The notes: generated by a model from the sequence alone, not told the origin. DNA of 64,000 nt from Azolla caroliniana (GCA_043228905.1 JBHGNT010000009.1:18166001-18230000); one strand, 5' to 3'. Shown: positions 1-12,333, numbered from the stretch's first letter. Made by a program: numbers and translations.

Positions 1-12
1 AATAAAAGATGT

Positions 13-227
13 TAATGTATGAGCTGGCTTTACACTTTACAATGTGAAATATTTGACATGGTTTTTTACAAGCATAAACTGCAGGACTATTCCATATGGG
101 TTGAATGGGTGGTAAGTGGATGTGGAATCTATTGTTTGTTGGTGTGCTGGAGTGAAGCAGTGAGGAAATAAACTGTTTGCATTTTGGGTGCCCTTGTGCA
201 GATCATTGAATGTGAATGATGATCTGG
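13..227. repeat. ~210 bp segment duplicated at ~28624-28828
   Basis: Near-identical text (TTTACAAGCATAAACTGCAGGACTATTCCATATGGGTTGAATGGGTGGTAAGTGG...TTGTGCAGATCATTGAATGTGAATGATGATCT) occurs at both places in the same orientation; contains a GTAAGT...GCAG intron-like stretch. Confidence 0.9.
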
Positions 228-412
228 TTTTACACAACGAACCTATCAATTGACCATAGTGAAAGTTTCGTGTATATTGACCATAGTGAAAGTTTTAACC
301 ACGCTGCCTATCAAAGTCATAAATTATCATGTATGGGTCCAGCAATGGCACATCTCAATGCTTGAATAAATTGACCTGTTCCTACATGTTTTATGTATAG
401 CCTCGTTCTCTA

Positions 413-573
413 CCCTTAATTGCAATTTGGCATTGGAATCATGTGATTTGTACAGAGGGACATGCATATCTCCATGCCTCCATTACAGATATCCTTAATT
501 GCAATTTGGCATCGGAATCATGTGATTTATATAGAGGGCCCGGGGCATGCATATCTCCATGCCTCCATTACAA
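413..573. repeat. Tandem duplication of ~80 bp unit
   Basis: CCTTAATTGCAATTTGGCATyGGAATCATGTGATTT...CATGCATATCTCCATGCCTCCATTACA present twice. Confidence 0.85.
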
Positions 574-1063
574 ATTGTATGTTGTCTTTCTTCTGTTGAA
601 TGCATGTCTACATGCCTCCATTACAGAACACGTAATATAAATTGATTGAAATCATCCACGGTAAATAGAAATGGACAAAACATATTGCAATGATGCCTAC
701 TTCACAGCCTTACAGCATGACATAAATCAGTTGGTAGCTTCCAGAGTAAAAACATATAAAGAGACAAATCAGAGGTGAATTAGGACTACATTGTTCAAAT
801 TTGGATTCAAACAAGGCCTAATACACAGCCTTCCTATTGAGGCTTCTCTCCCTTTTGTATACATAATTAACACAAAAAAATGGATCAAAAAATACCATTG
901 GTTTTGATAGTTATTTAGGGCAACACCATCAATTTTGCCTGTTATTTAATTTAATGCTAGTTTTACTAGCAATCCGTTAGGCTAAACTTGAATCAAAGAA
1001 TGATCCATCGGGAGCATATCGTCCACTTCCAGTAATTTATTATACAACGTTATTGTTCTTATT

Positions 1064-1891
1064 ATTCAATTTTCTTAGCCTCTCTGATCTGCAAGGTGCG
1101 CCAGGCTTAATTTGTCCCTGCTATTATTTTGCAGTTAAAATTAGTGAAAACGAATAAAATAACACTCACACAAACTTCAATAGATTGAACATTTCGAACA
1201 CTTAGAAAGCTGAGTTTACCATGCACAAACCCAGAGCCAAATCAGCAGCAATAAAAGTATCCATTCCTGTTTCTCCACTCCTGTGACAAGTCATCACAGT
1301 TCCCCAACCAGCCTGCTTCAACATCTTTACCCCCTCTATGCTCTCAGATACTGAACCTATTTTGGTTCACCTACACATATAGCTTACATTTCAGTTATAA
1401 ATAGGAATCGAGAGCCCACTAAATTCTTGCGTATCTAGCAAAAAATTGCCAAACATTGAGCCAAAATCCACCAAATTCTTTGCAAATCCACACACACAGA
1501 GAATATAAGTAAACTTTGAAAGAAGTAATATAATAAGGGAAATGTGAAAAATAGAACTTGTTACAACACGGATGGAAGGTTTATAAAGTGTCTTTTAGAA
1601 ACTAATAAGGTGTCTATGTATTTAACGTGTGTGAACATTAGAATATATTGAAACAACTAAGAGCTTGTCTCTTGGGTTTGTCACACTTTTAGCGTTGGGT
1701 TTGTGACCAAACGATCAATCTCCAACAATCTGGACTTTTTCACCAACTTGTGCAGTGAACTTGCTGTAGTGCTCCCAATCATCTTTGGTCAAATTGGTCT
1801 TCAATTGACCCGATCGGATACTGCTCAATGAAGGACTTAGTACAGATCAATTCAATTGATCTCCAGTTATATTTTGGCTGCCATTACTGTT
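1064..1891 (-). pseudogene. ENO2: Enolase pseudogene, 3' part with introns retained (exons ~1693-1891, 1220-1370, ~1064-1117)
   Basis: Manual translation gives [63 protein letters not shown], then [48 protein letters not shown], then GQIKPGAPCRSERL. These are enolase C-terminal motifs, each preceded by an AG acceptor; at least five 1-nt frameshifts. Confidence 0.9.
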
Positions 1892-3675
1892 CTAAGCATA
1901 AAAGAAAACATAATACAACTTCAGAATATAAAGCACGGATCGGAATGGTAACAAAATGAGTGGATATACCTGCATAATATAAAGCACAGATCATAATGGT
2001 TACAAAATGCATGGATAAGACTTTATACACCATTTAGACAGTTAGTTGAGTTTCAGTGGTATAGACCATTTCCGTGGTTCTGATGGAAAATCAGGAGATA
2101 ACACTCTCATATCTGAATTATGATGGCTTTTCCCAGCTCTTCAAGCACTCGCATAGAGTTTCGTCGAAAGAATTAGGGTTTGACATTGGAGAAGAATATG
2201 GTACAAAAGAAAAAGACGCAGATGATGATGGTAGTAGTGGTTGTGGTGGCGACGAGGAAGAAAACACAGCCGCCATGCCATGGAGGAGGTAAGTTTTGTT
2301 TGTTTCTGGTGACTACTTTCAAGAAGCCACATCCTGCACAGTCAAGACGCAAAAATAGGAGAGAATAGAATAGAGATTTCTAGGGAGAAACTGTAAAATG
2401 GTTTTCAGTGAAGACAAGCAGAGACTACATAGATGAAAAAGAAGAAGAAGAAGAAGAGAGAGAAGAGTTATTCTGAGAGAGAAACCAAACCCTGGAAGGA
2501 AGGAAAAGCCCTAGAGGTTTTGCTTTAATTCTTTGTAGCAGGAGAAGGAAGGCACAATGGAGTCTCAAAGTTTTCAGTTCAGAGAAGGGGATGGTGTTGG
2601 GTGTCTCAGAAACCCTAATTAATTAGGTTTATTAAAAACTGTAAAATATATATGTATAGGACGCGCCTGCCAGAAGCAAATGCCCAACCTTCTCTTCTGC
2701 TCTGCTCTGTTTGTGTTCTGTATATTGTTTCTCTCTGCCCAAATGAGAAAAGAAAGGAAAACACACAGACAGAAAGGTTTCCATTTCCATCAATAGATTA
2801 TGGGCAGCCATCCCATCCCATCGCATTTCATTTGTCCCACATACAACGGCATACACGTAGAATGGAGGGGGGCAGGCATGAAGAAGAAGGAGAAGCCCAC
2901 AATAATATGTATATGTATATGTAAGTAATGGACACAGAAACTTTGGGCCTAAATGTCACGATACATGTGGAAATGGGCAGACATATGTCCCACATACAAA
3001 TGGCATCTATCCCATATGTCCCACATACAATGGCATATGGCCACGAACCCTATAAATAGGGACTAGGGGGCCACTTGTGCTACACATACAGAAATCATGG
3101 CTAAGAACAAAGTCCTCTTAGCTATGAAAAAGGCCATGGCTTGCATTGAGCAAGATGTGGCTTATTGCCTCTTACTCCTCTCTGTCCTCTCCGCCTTCAG
3201 AAAAGTGGAGCAAGAAAGAAGGGAAGAAAGGAGTAAGAATAAGGCCAAAATATGGCCTCTCCCATAAATCGGGAGTGGCCATAACTGGTATAACGCCCAT
3301 CAGGTGTCCAGGGGACACCACCCCCCCAAAACCCAAAACCCAAGGAGGAGTAAAAATATGGCCCCTCCCATAAGTCGAGGCTGGCCATAATTGGTAGAAC
3401 GCCCTTCGGATGTCCATGAAATTTATTTCACTATAACCCTATTCATTATAATTTGACCTAAAAACATGAAGATAAACACTACTATTATTAGAACGGTCGT
3501 AACGAGGCGACAATCCTCCCTGATGAATATCCCCTCCAATTCCACAATCTTTTTGATTCCCCTCATTCAAATTCTTGGCATAATCCTTCGTCTCACAAAG
3601 AACGGTGGAACAAGGGCCCCAAAAACTGCCCCCCAACCACGACAAACAAAAGTTTATGGGCTTGGATGGAATACG

Positions 3676-3745
3676 ACAATTTTTGGCTCAGGTGATATAA
3701 ACTCAGGGATATTGATTGTGAGTACACCATTCTCCATGGTTGTGA
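3676..3745 (-). pseudogene. Orphan C-terminal fragment of a small heat-shock protein gene
   Basis: Minus strand reads TTMENGVLTINIPE.../PEPK, matching [18 protein letters not shown] of the intact sHSPs in this window. Confidence 0.75.
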
Positions 3746-4265
3746 CCCGCAAACTCACTTAATAATATGTGATTAAAACTAGTCACGGGGACCCCACTAT
3801 ATATAAGAAGGTTGTATCACGTGCGTTCATGACATCATTTATAAACCCCTTATACGTATGTTTTCTTCTATTTTAGTGACCCTTTTGTAGAAAAACAATT
3901 AATAAAAATACCCCTTATTAATAATATATTTTTTGATAACCACCTATTTTAAATACCCTTACATATAAAATATACGTGCACATATAGTGTCCAATCCTAG
4001 AAGGGATCAATGACCATCTTTACAATTGATGACTCATAAAATTATGAATGAACATTTAACATCATATGCAAATTCCTAGAAATTCTTTATCAAGTACCAC
4101 ATAGCTTAAAAATACAATGTGTAAAGTATAAAGTAATGCACGCACAATTAGGAAACATTACCCAAAAACACTAGATGTATAACATATATATAAGCCACAT
4201 ATAAGTTTTATTTTTAGTTTATTGAGACATATGGAGAATATAGAGTGATAAAAAACAATGTAATT

Positions 4266-4824
4266 GGGATTGCCCAACGTCTCATAGAATATGGCGGGGG
4301 GTTGGCCGCTTGTTGCAATTATGCCAGGTGCAAGGTTCAATCAAGTGGGGAAATATATGTTGGCTATCATGGCAGGCTGCAATTGGCCGATACGAGCAAC
4401 AGGAGGAGGGGATGACTTTGGTGATAAAAGCACAAGAGGTCCTTTTCTCCTCCAGCGGCAATGTCCACTTTATTCCTCTTAATGACAAATCTTAAGAGGT
4501 GTTAGAATTGGTCAGCCCAATAACCCTTTGGATTCTATGGAAACAACGATGTAGGCGAGTCTTCTCCAACCAAACCGCTCATCCAACAAGGTTACTGCAA
4601 GAGATATGGAGTGAAATTGTAGCCACTCTGAAGAACCAATATGATGGCCTTAAAGGTGGCTCCGAGGGAGTTGAAAGACAACGCATAGCCTTTATCCAAC
4701 AATGGTCATCCTCTCCCTTTCTTGAGTCAGTGGGCTTCCACATTAGATGGAACTATCGCGTCCCTTTAGGGATTTGTACATAATCATCTCATTTGTAAAA
4801 TTTTATAACTAATGGAAGGAGTTT

Positions 4825-4855
<31 letters not shown>

Positions 4856-4860
4856 GGGGG
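4266..4860 (+). mobile_element. 5'-truncated L1-clade LINE (zf-RVT/C-terminal ORF2 + 3' UTR) with 12-bp TSD
   Basis: Reads DCPTSHRIWRGV...LWILWKQRCRRVF (L1 ORF2 C-terminus); flanked by AACAATGTAATT at 4254-4265 and 4861-4872; ends in T13G26; homologous to 17078-17222 (minus). Confidence 0.85.
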
Positions 4861-5077
4861 AACAATGTAATTTACAATAAAACAATCTTGAACTTGATAT
4901 ATATATCTCAAAGAGTACCCAAGGAACCATCTAAAATGCATATCAATAATGAAATTACTAACAAATTAACATTATGTTTAGTTTCATGGATAAACTCATA
5001 TGAAGCCATAACATTATTTTTTCTCAAACACATTGATCAAACAAATGGCAACATATTTTATATTTCCATTTGAAATG

Positions 5078-5187
5078 CGGGGGAGATTCCTCGATCTATG
5101 TTTTAGTCTCCTTGTACATTCTCTTTGTAATAATCCCTCCTAACTAATGGGAAAGTAGCTTCATTTTGGGAAGAAGAAGAAGAAGAC
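5078..5187 (+). mobile_element. Short 3' end of a related LINE with (GAA)n tail
   Basis: TGTACAT..TTTGTAA..ACTAATGG..TTTTGGG(AAG)n resembles the 3' UTR of the LINE at 4775-4840; no clear TSD. Confidence 0.45.
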
Positions 5188-5601
5188 ATAATCTATTCAC
5201 ATATTTTTACCCAAATCAAAATAAAATAAAATAAAATAAATCATTTTGTTATAGCAATTTCTACGTAAAAAACTTATTACAATAAAGGTTACCCTCATAA
5301 AGACCGACTAAGTAAAAAGAAAACCATAAAAAGTTCATTTTAGGCTATAAATTTCATGTTGTTTCCATCTTCAATGTTGGAACTGTATTATAACATGTAA
5401 CACCATAGGAAAGAAATCTTAATATGCATGGAAGTAAATAATATCTTAAAGAAATCATAAAAATATATTTGGAATACCTTAGGTTTATATTTGGTTTCTA
5501 CTCTTTTCTCCTTTTCTTGTTAAAATAAAAGGCATAAACATTAAGTTACTTTAATATATATTATATATGTACATGTATGCAAGTATATAATTTAAAACAA
5601 C

Positions 5602-8600
5602 TTATATATATACATACCTGGATTTCATTTCCAAAAGAAAATCGTTGAAAACTTTACAATCGCTTTCGTTTAACATATAGTTATCACATTTTGCATTATA
5701 TGTGAGGTTCGTTAGTCCCATAATTGACTCAAAGTCAACCATTTTTATATATGTGAAATCATATGCAAATAATCTACTCCTGTTAATCTTCTTATACCAA
5801 CCAAGTTGTAATTGAACATCTTCAAGTCTATCCACCATGTCAATTCCTCTCTTGTACTCCACAAATTTATTTCCAATATTTCTTCGCATCCTTTGTACTC
5901 GTCCTAAGTACTAAACAACATTTTCATTTGATATTCCTTTTCTTTTGGGTTTTGTTGAATTAACATCTTCTTCAATAAAGAATGCAACACAATTTGAACC
6001 AATCCCAATTAGGAAATTATTTGCATTCTCACATGAGTAGAAAACCCCTTCTCTTACACGTGTGAGTCTATCCTTTGACAATGTTTGATTACCATTTAGA
6101 TGACTCACAAGTGTCGATTTAAATATAATCTTATCATTCACTTGAACAAATGAAGAGACTTTAGAGTTCAAATTGTTGTCATCCAATATAGCATCCAATT
6201 CACTTATTGCAATCTCATCATCATTCTCCACACATTCATGCATTGTTAAGTTTTTATTGTGTTCAACACATTCTTTATCATCTTTCTCTCCATATATATA
6301 ACTCAAGGATTGTTTTCTCTCAATCCCGAGATAATTCCACCAGTGCCCATTATGTTTTGGCTTCATATTTAACGACTCACATAAAATTTGGGCTTCTTTT
6401 AAACCTTCTTTAAGTGCAAAAACAAGTTGATCATCATTTGAGATATCAATGTAGTCTTGTAAGTTTGTAAGAGGCTTTCCATGCATGAAATTGAGTTTAG
6501 ACTATATTGATTCTTGCTTCTTATGAGCTCTTGGAAAAACCAATCTACTATCAATGCAGTCAATTTTTGCAATCTTGTTTACATTTCCGCGACGGTGCAA
6601 AACATTTGATATATCAAATGCATGCTCCATACCAATCATTCCCCCTATTTTACTAAAAAATATCTCAGCTCCATTAGACCCTATGAGATGCAATGGACAT
6701 TCTCGTTGTGGATAAAAGTCACAAAACATTTTTATAAGTAAAACTACAAAGTGACAAGATATTTGTACATCCAAAAATGTTTCCCGACTAATGAAATTAC
6801 TTATTAAATTATAAATTGGATTATTTAGAATCCATAATCTCCATATTTGAAAGAAGAATGCAACTTTAGATGCAAGTACCAGACGCTTGAATAAGCTCTC
6901 ATGAGGGGATAGAAAAATATCAATACAGTCACATAATATATGCAAGTATACATGTGTTCCCAACGGGCCTCTTTCTCTTACTTTGACACCTTCTCCGCCT
7001 TGTATAACCTCTTTAAACAATTAGTAACATTCCTACTTGCAATTCTTTGGGCTCTATCCCAATTTTGTCTATCTTCTCTCGTAATATCACATTCCTTTAA
7101 GCCATGTGCATTTATAGAGAACTTATTATATACCAACGACACATGATTCAATGTGATCCATACATCTCTGATTACTAATTGTCTTGAGGGATTATCTAGT
7201 GCATTCACAAGTTTCTTTCCATTATGGATGAAATCTTGATCATGAAGACAACTTATCATTTCATTCTGCATTTGAGTTGTGAAGATCCAACCATCCCAAG
7301 GCAATTTATATCTTTTAGCATATACTTGGGGTTAAGTAATCTTGAAGCATAATCTTTCTTCTCCTATTATCTTCATCCGATGCATGTCCAACAATTGGCC
7401 CAATACTTGTGGAGAGGTGTTTTTCCCATAGAGTTTCCACTTCATTCCATTGGCATTTTACAAAATCTGCATCAAAGCAATTACATGTACATTGTTCAAC
7501 CAATACTAATCGTGGAAGTTTAGGGTGAAGACAATTCGCAATTAACATCCTAGCATAGTGTCCAACCACGTAATCTTTAAAGGAGCTAACAATGGTTTCA
7601 TAACCAACATTAGAGTCACCCACCTTTATCATACATGATGAGACACATTGATGATTGGATGACTTCAGCCCACAAAAACCCAAAAGTAAATCATTTGAGC
7701 TATCCCACTTAACATTCTGCTTAATCACAATCTCATCCTTGGCAATAATGAAAGGAACCTTTGTTATAATGCCATGCACTCTTTTTTCATTTTCATAAAT
7801 CTTAGCCACATCCTAAAATATATATTCAGGGATCCCTAGAAGGAATTTAGTTGCCTTCCTCTCAACTCTCTTTGTAGTGCTTAATGATGGTCCATTTAAA
7901 TTTTTAGAAACAAAGTCGTGTAATCTTGGTCTCCCCTATATTTTAATCATGACAAAAATTGCCTTAGATGTGTCTTTAAATCGTTGTCCATGTGGCTTTC
8001 GAGTAAGGTTTTGTGCAACATCTGTCAAGAAATCCCATGATGCATTCTTTCCACCAAATTTTCCAGCTCGATGAGCCTCAATAATGTTATTACAAAATCT
8101 TCGAACATCCTTCTGTTCCACACTCTCAAGGGATGCTTCCTTGAGAGTCATTAGCTTTACCGAAAGCATTGCAACTTTGCAAGCTAACCACCATATTTGT
8201 CTATGAGTGCGACAGATGGTTTGCTTAGAACTTGAAATTTCCTTTCTTGTCTCTTCTTGAGTAAGATAATCTAGTCGTCTACCCTCCCTAGTTCCTCGAT
8301 TACCTCCTTTGACTTCAGCCCTACGCTCCTTATACACCCTCATACGGAAATCATTACATTTTTCACATCTAAGATTATCAAAGGGTTCTTCAATCTTCAA
8401 TACTCTTTTACAATCAAAATAGCAAAAACATCCATCCATAACACACTCTTGCATGTCATACATCACAACAACTTTGATGTAAGGCTCAGAGAATCATAAG
8501 GCTCCATGATTTTGATCGATCAGAAATGATTTTACATGTATTTCTTCATCATTTATCATTATGTTGTTATGCAAATATCCCCAACACAATAGTGAAGAAC

Positions 8601-9746
8601 CAAAATAACGTGGAGTAGAGAACTCACATTCTTGACTAGACGAAGGTCGCAAGGTTGAAACAAGAAATTTGCTCAAGGTTTGTTGATTTGAAGGTAAAGC
8701 TTCTTGTTTTCGTGGACGACCCGGAAATCCACTCATTATTGATGTACCAGCATGTCAAACCATCTCCATTGCCTTTAGATGGGTCTTGGATTGTACGTGT
8801 TGAGACAAAATGGTTGACAAATCACTCCGTGGAGGGCATAATGGCAACCAAGATCCATCAATCTTGCATTTTACCTTCACCATTGCCTTATCTTTATATC
8901 CATGAAGTGTTGCCTAGTTTTCACATATATTAGCATATTATTCATAACTACAATATTAACGTTTGAAGTACAAACATGCTTACCACTTGTAGTGTCATTA
9001 AAAGTCTTGAGAACTTCCAACAAAGACTTGATATAGGCCTCGTCATCCATTTTAGATAAGTTTATTGATTCATCTTGTTGGGTTAACCCCCTTCGAGCAT
9101 AATATCATTTTTCATGACTTTGGCTCTTAATATGACTTCTAAAATAATTATTAAGACACAAATTTGCTACTTTTGCGTCCGTAGAACCAACACCATAGGG
9201 TTCTCCGCACTCATTGCACCATAATCTTATGACTGTTTTTCCACAAAAATCCTCAACCTTCAACTCAAATTTATCATCTCGAGGAATTGTAGCATTGCTT
9301 AATTTTACACGCATCTTATTACATTCTACCATCCATTTACCTAAAACATCTCTAGGAATCTTATCCTTGATTGTTTCAATTGGAGATGTATCTTTAAAAT
9401 TGTCCTCTGCTTGCCTCAACAATGAACCCTCAACATTAGTGCATGATTCTTTTGAAGAGACTTTTTGTTGTTTATCAATACTAAGCTTGATATAGACTTT
9501 ATTTTCTTTTAAATGCCTATTCTCTTCTTGTTTCCCATTCAAAATATTATTTTTTGTGTACACAAAGGAAAATGGTTCATAAAATATATCGTCCTCAATT
9601 ATTTCCACTCGGATCTTTGCATATGTAAGAGTTCTTCTCACACTTACAATGCCCAAAGGTTTATCTTCATCATCCCTCTCATGTTCAAACACTTCAACGA
9701 TAGATTCTTCATCCATTATGTACACATAGAATGACCCACCTATCAC
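5602..9746 (-). mobile_element. Disrupted large DDE transposase-like gene (P-element/THAP9-like catalytic core) with N-terminal zinc fingers and AT-hook
   Basis: Eight consecutive minus-strand ORFs separated by stops/frameshifts. Motifs in order: CNEC..HIKSQSH, CKID..HVQSKTH, GRPRK, a Cys cluster, IIAKDEIVIK..WDSSNDLLLGF, GHASDED, DQDFIHNGKK, DRQNW, GSNGAEIFFS. Termini not found. Confidence 0.6.
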
Positions 9747-9769
9747 TTTTCATATAACCATACGTCATA

Positions 9770-10044
9770 TATATGTGTGTATGTGTGAATTGTGAATGTG
9801 GTATGCATGTGTAATGTGTGATGTGTGTGTATGTATGTATGTTCCATACATCATCTATGTTTGTATGTGGTATGCATGTGTGTTGTTTGTTATGTTTGTG
9901 TGTGTGTATGTATGGCCCATACATCATATATGTTTGTATGTGGTATGCCTTTGTGTTGTGTGTTATGTTTGTATGTGGTATGCATCTATGTTGCTTGTTA
10001 TGTTTGTGTGTGTGTATGTATGTTCCATACATCATATATGTATG
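9770..10044. repeat. TG/TATG-rich degenerate minisatellite
   Basis: Repeated CCATACATCATmTATGTTTGTATGTGGTATGC..TGTTATGTTTGTGTGTGTGTATGTATG units. Confidence 0.9.
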
Positions 10045-10056
10045 CCAAAGTCATCC

Positions 10057-10491
10057 TATTACCGGCTGGCAAAGGAGTCCAGAGTGTGAAACGGGGAGTT
10101 ATTTAAGTAGTAGGAATGTGGTTGTAATTAAGCTATGAGTGTGGACGGACGGACCGGAATCGGTATGCCGTTCCGGATCCGGACCGATCCCGAACAGGTG
10201 CGGATGGCACCGTTTTGTTATACAGACCGGAAACCTATTTAAAGGCCCGGATACAATGTAATGAATAACGGTTAATTAATAAAGCTTAGTGTTGTTATCT
10301 CTCTATGTTAATTGCCGTTCTACCTTCATTGTTATATCTTACGCGTGTGATTATTAAAGACGATCATGTTAAGTAACCTAATTAAGTCGGATTAATCGTT
10401 GAGTCTAATCCTGTTGTCGTAACACCCCTTTGGTGAAGTGTCTTCCGTAGACACCCTGTGTTAGGCCATTGTCCGGCCCTAAGAGTTAACA
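10057..10491 (+). repeat. 5' LTR of element A
   Basis: Direct repeat of 16638-17072. Confidence 0.95.
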
Positions 10492-11010
10492 CAGTTTTTG
10501 GCGACCACGATTCCTGTTTTTGCAACGAACGACGGCACGGATGGATGTCTAGATCAACGCACGACCTGGTTACAGATCGAACTCGACGCCTTGCCGAAAG
10601 GCAAAGGAGACGTGAGGCTTTCCAGCAAGCGGCGCAGGAAATTAGAGCGGATCGCTCGTTTTCCAACGTAATCCGGAGAGTAGCGGAGGACTCCCTCTAG
10701 TTACAACAAACATCGCACCCGGACGATGGCAACAACCTAAGCAGCCTCCGGGAAACCGAATCCCTTCTCCAGGCGTTGAGTAACCAGAGGACGAAGGATC
10801 GGATACCTTACCAACACTGGAACCGGAAGTGCTAACGCTGGAACCCCCGGAACCAACAGAGGAAGAGCGACCTCTGACACCGGAAGTCGAAGAGGAGAGG
10901 CCTCCGTCACCAAAAGAAGAGGAAAGACCACCGATGCCAGAAACAAATCGGGAAAGACCACCGACGCCGGAGAAAATCCCGGAACGAGCACAGGACTGCC
11001 TCCAGAAGAG

Positions 11011-12333
11011 ATGAACCGGGACGAACGGAAACGCCTGGCGGTGCAAAGCCGACATTTCTGCTTACTACAAGACACACTTTACCACAAGGGCACGGACGAC
11101 ATATGGAGACGGGCTGTGCGCAGCGATGAAAAGGACCTGATACTGAGGGAAGCCCACTGCGGAGTTGCCGGAGATGCAACGGCCAGGAAAATATGGCAAA
11201 GTGGCCTATGGTGGCCAACGACATTAAGAGATGCGGTACGGTACGCAAAAGAATGTGATCTATGCCAGCGAATGGGCCAACCAACGAAGCAGGCTCGTAT
11301 GCCTCACCAGCCGGTACTACCACTCGAGCCATTCCAGAAGTGGGGGCTAGACTTTGTTGGACCGTTCAAACCACCAGCAATGAGAACGGGTAATCGGTAC
11401 GTCATCGTTGCGACGGATTACTGCACGAAATGGGTGGAGGCCAAAGCCTTAAGAGACAACACCGCTGCGTCAACGACGAAATTTCTATACGAGTACATTT
11501 GGTGCCGTTACGGATGCCCTATCGAATTAATAAGCGACCAAGGGGGGCACTTTCTCGGCCAAGTAGTTGAAAGCCTGACGACATTTTATGTCGTTGTCCA
11601 TAAACGGAGCACACCTTACTATTCGTATGCGAACGGGTTAGCGGAATCGACGAACAAAACGCTCCAGCATATCCTCCGGAAGATCGTCAACGAAAACCGA
11701 ACGGATTGGGATACCAAGCTACATAGCGCGCTTTGGGCATACTGGACGGCATACAAAACGAGCATCCGAACAACACCGTTCCGGTTAGCGTTCGGACTAG
11801 AGGCGGTAAGGCCGGTGGAATTCCAAGTACCCAGCTTACAGATCCAGCTACGGGAACGGCTGAACGAGAAGGAGTCGGAGGCAATACGGTTAACAACGCT
11901 GTGTGAACTCGAGGAACAACGACTGGCAAGCATCCTGCACTTAGAATTGGAGCAACGGCGACGGAAAGCATTTGTCGACCGGCACAGGAAAGGAAACGAA
12001 AAAATGTTCACAATCGGCAAACCGGTGTTAGTATTTCAGACCCGGATGGGCAAGATGCCGGGTAAACTACGGTTTAGATGTTCCAGACCGTACTGGCTAA
12101 CACGTGAGTATAATGGGTCCTACCAGTTAGGGACACTTGCCGGCGAAGTGCTAGGCAAATGGGTCAACGGTTTCATTTTGAAGCCATACAGAGGACCGAT
12201 GCCCAAGAACCCATTTGAACAAAGGACCGACGCCGTTGAGGGAAACGGCAACCACCAAGACAGCAAAGACGGCGAGCCGGTAACTGGGGAGAATGAGGCC
12301 GGTAAGGGTCCGATCGGACCAACGGACAAGTAA
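11011..12333 (+). CDS. Retrotransposon integrase (zinc-binding region + rve core + C-terminal domain)
   Basis: EAHCG..WWPT..CDLCQ, KWGLDFVGP, DYCTKWVEA, ISDQG, ANGLAESTNKTL; the second His of HHCC appears deleted. Confidence 0.9.
   Translation: MNRDERKRLAVQSRHFCLLQDTLYHKGTDDIWRRAVRSDEKDLILREAHCGVAGDATARKIWQSGLWWPTTLRDAVRYAKECDLCQRMGQPTKQARMPHQPVLPLEPFQKWGLDFVGPFKPPAMRTGNRYVIVATDYCTKWVEAKALRDNTAASTTKFLYEYIWCRYGCPIELISDQGGHFLGQVVESLTTFYVVVHKRSTPYYSYANGLAESTNKTLQHILRKIVNENRTDWDTKLHSALWAYWTAYKTSIRTTPFRLAFGLEAVRPVEFQVPSLQIQLRERLNEKESEAIRLTTLCELEEQRLASILHLELEQRRRKAFVDRHRKGNEKMFTIGKPVLVFQTRMGKMPGKLRFRCSRPYWLTREYNGSYQLGTLAGEVLGKWVNGFILKPYRGPMPKNPFEQRTDAVEGNGNHQDSKDGEPVTGENEAGKGPIGPTDK

Noticed and set aside
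2074-2368. Short ORFs on both strands as a protein-coding gene
   Set aside because: Low complexity, no recognisable domain, strand ambiguous
3778-3830. Helitron terminus (CTAG) bounding the transposase region
   Set aside because: No convincing subterminal hairpin or matching 5' TC end found
9709-10138. Cys/Val- and His/Thr-rich ORFs
   Set aside because: Translation of a TG-rich minisatellite
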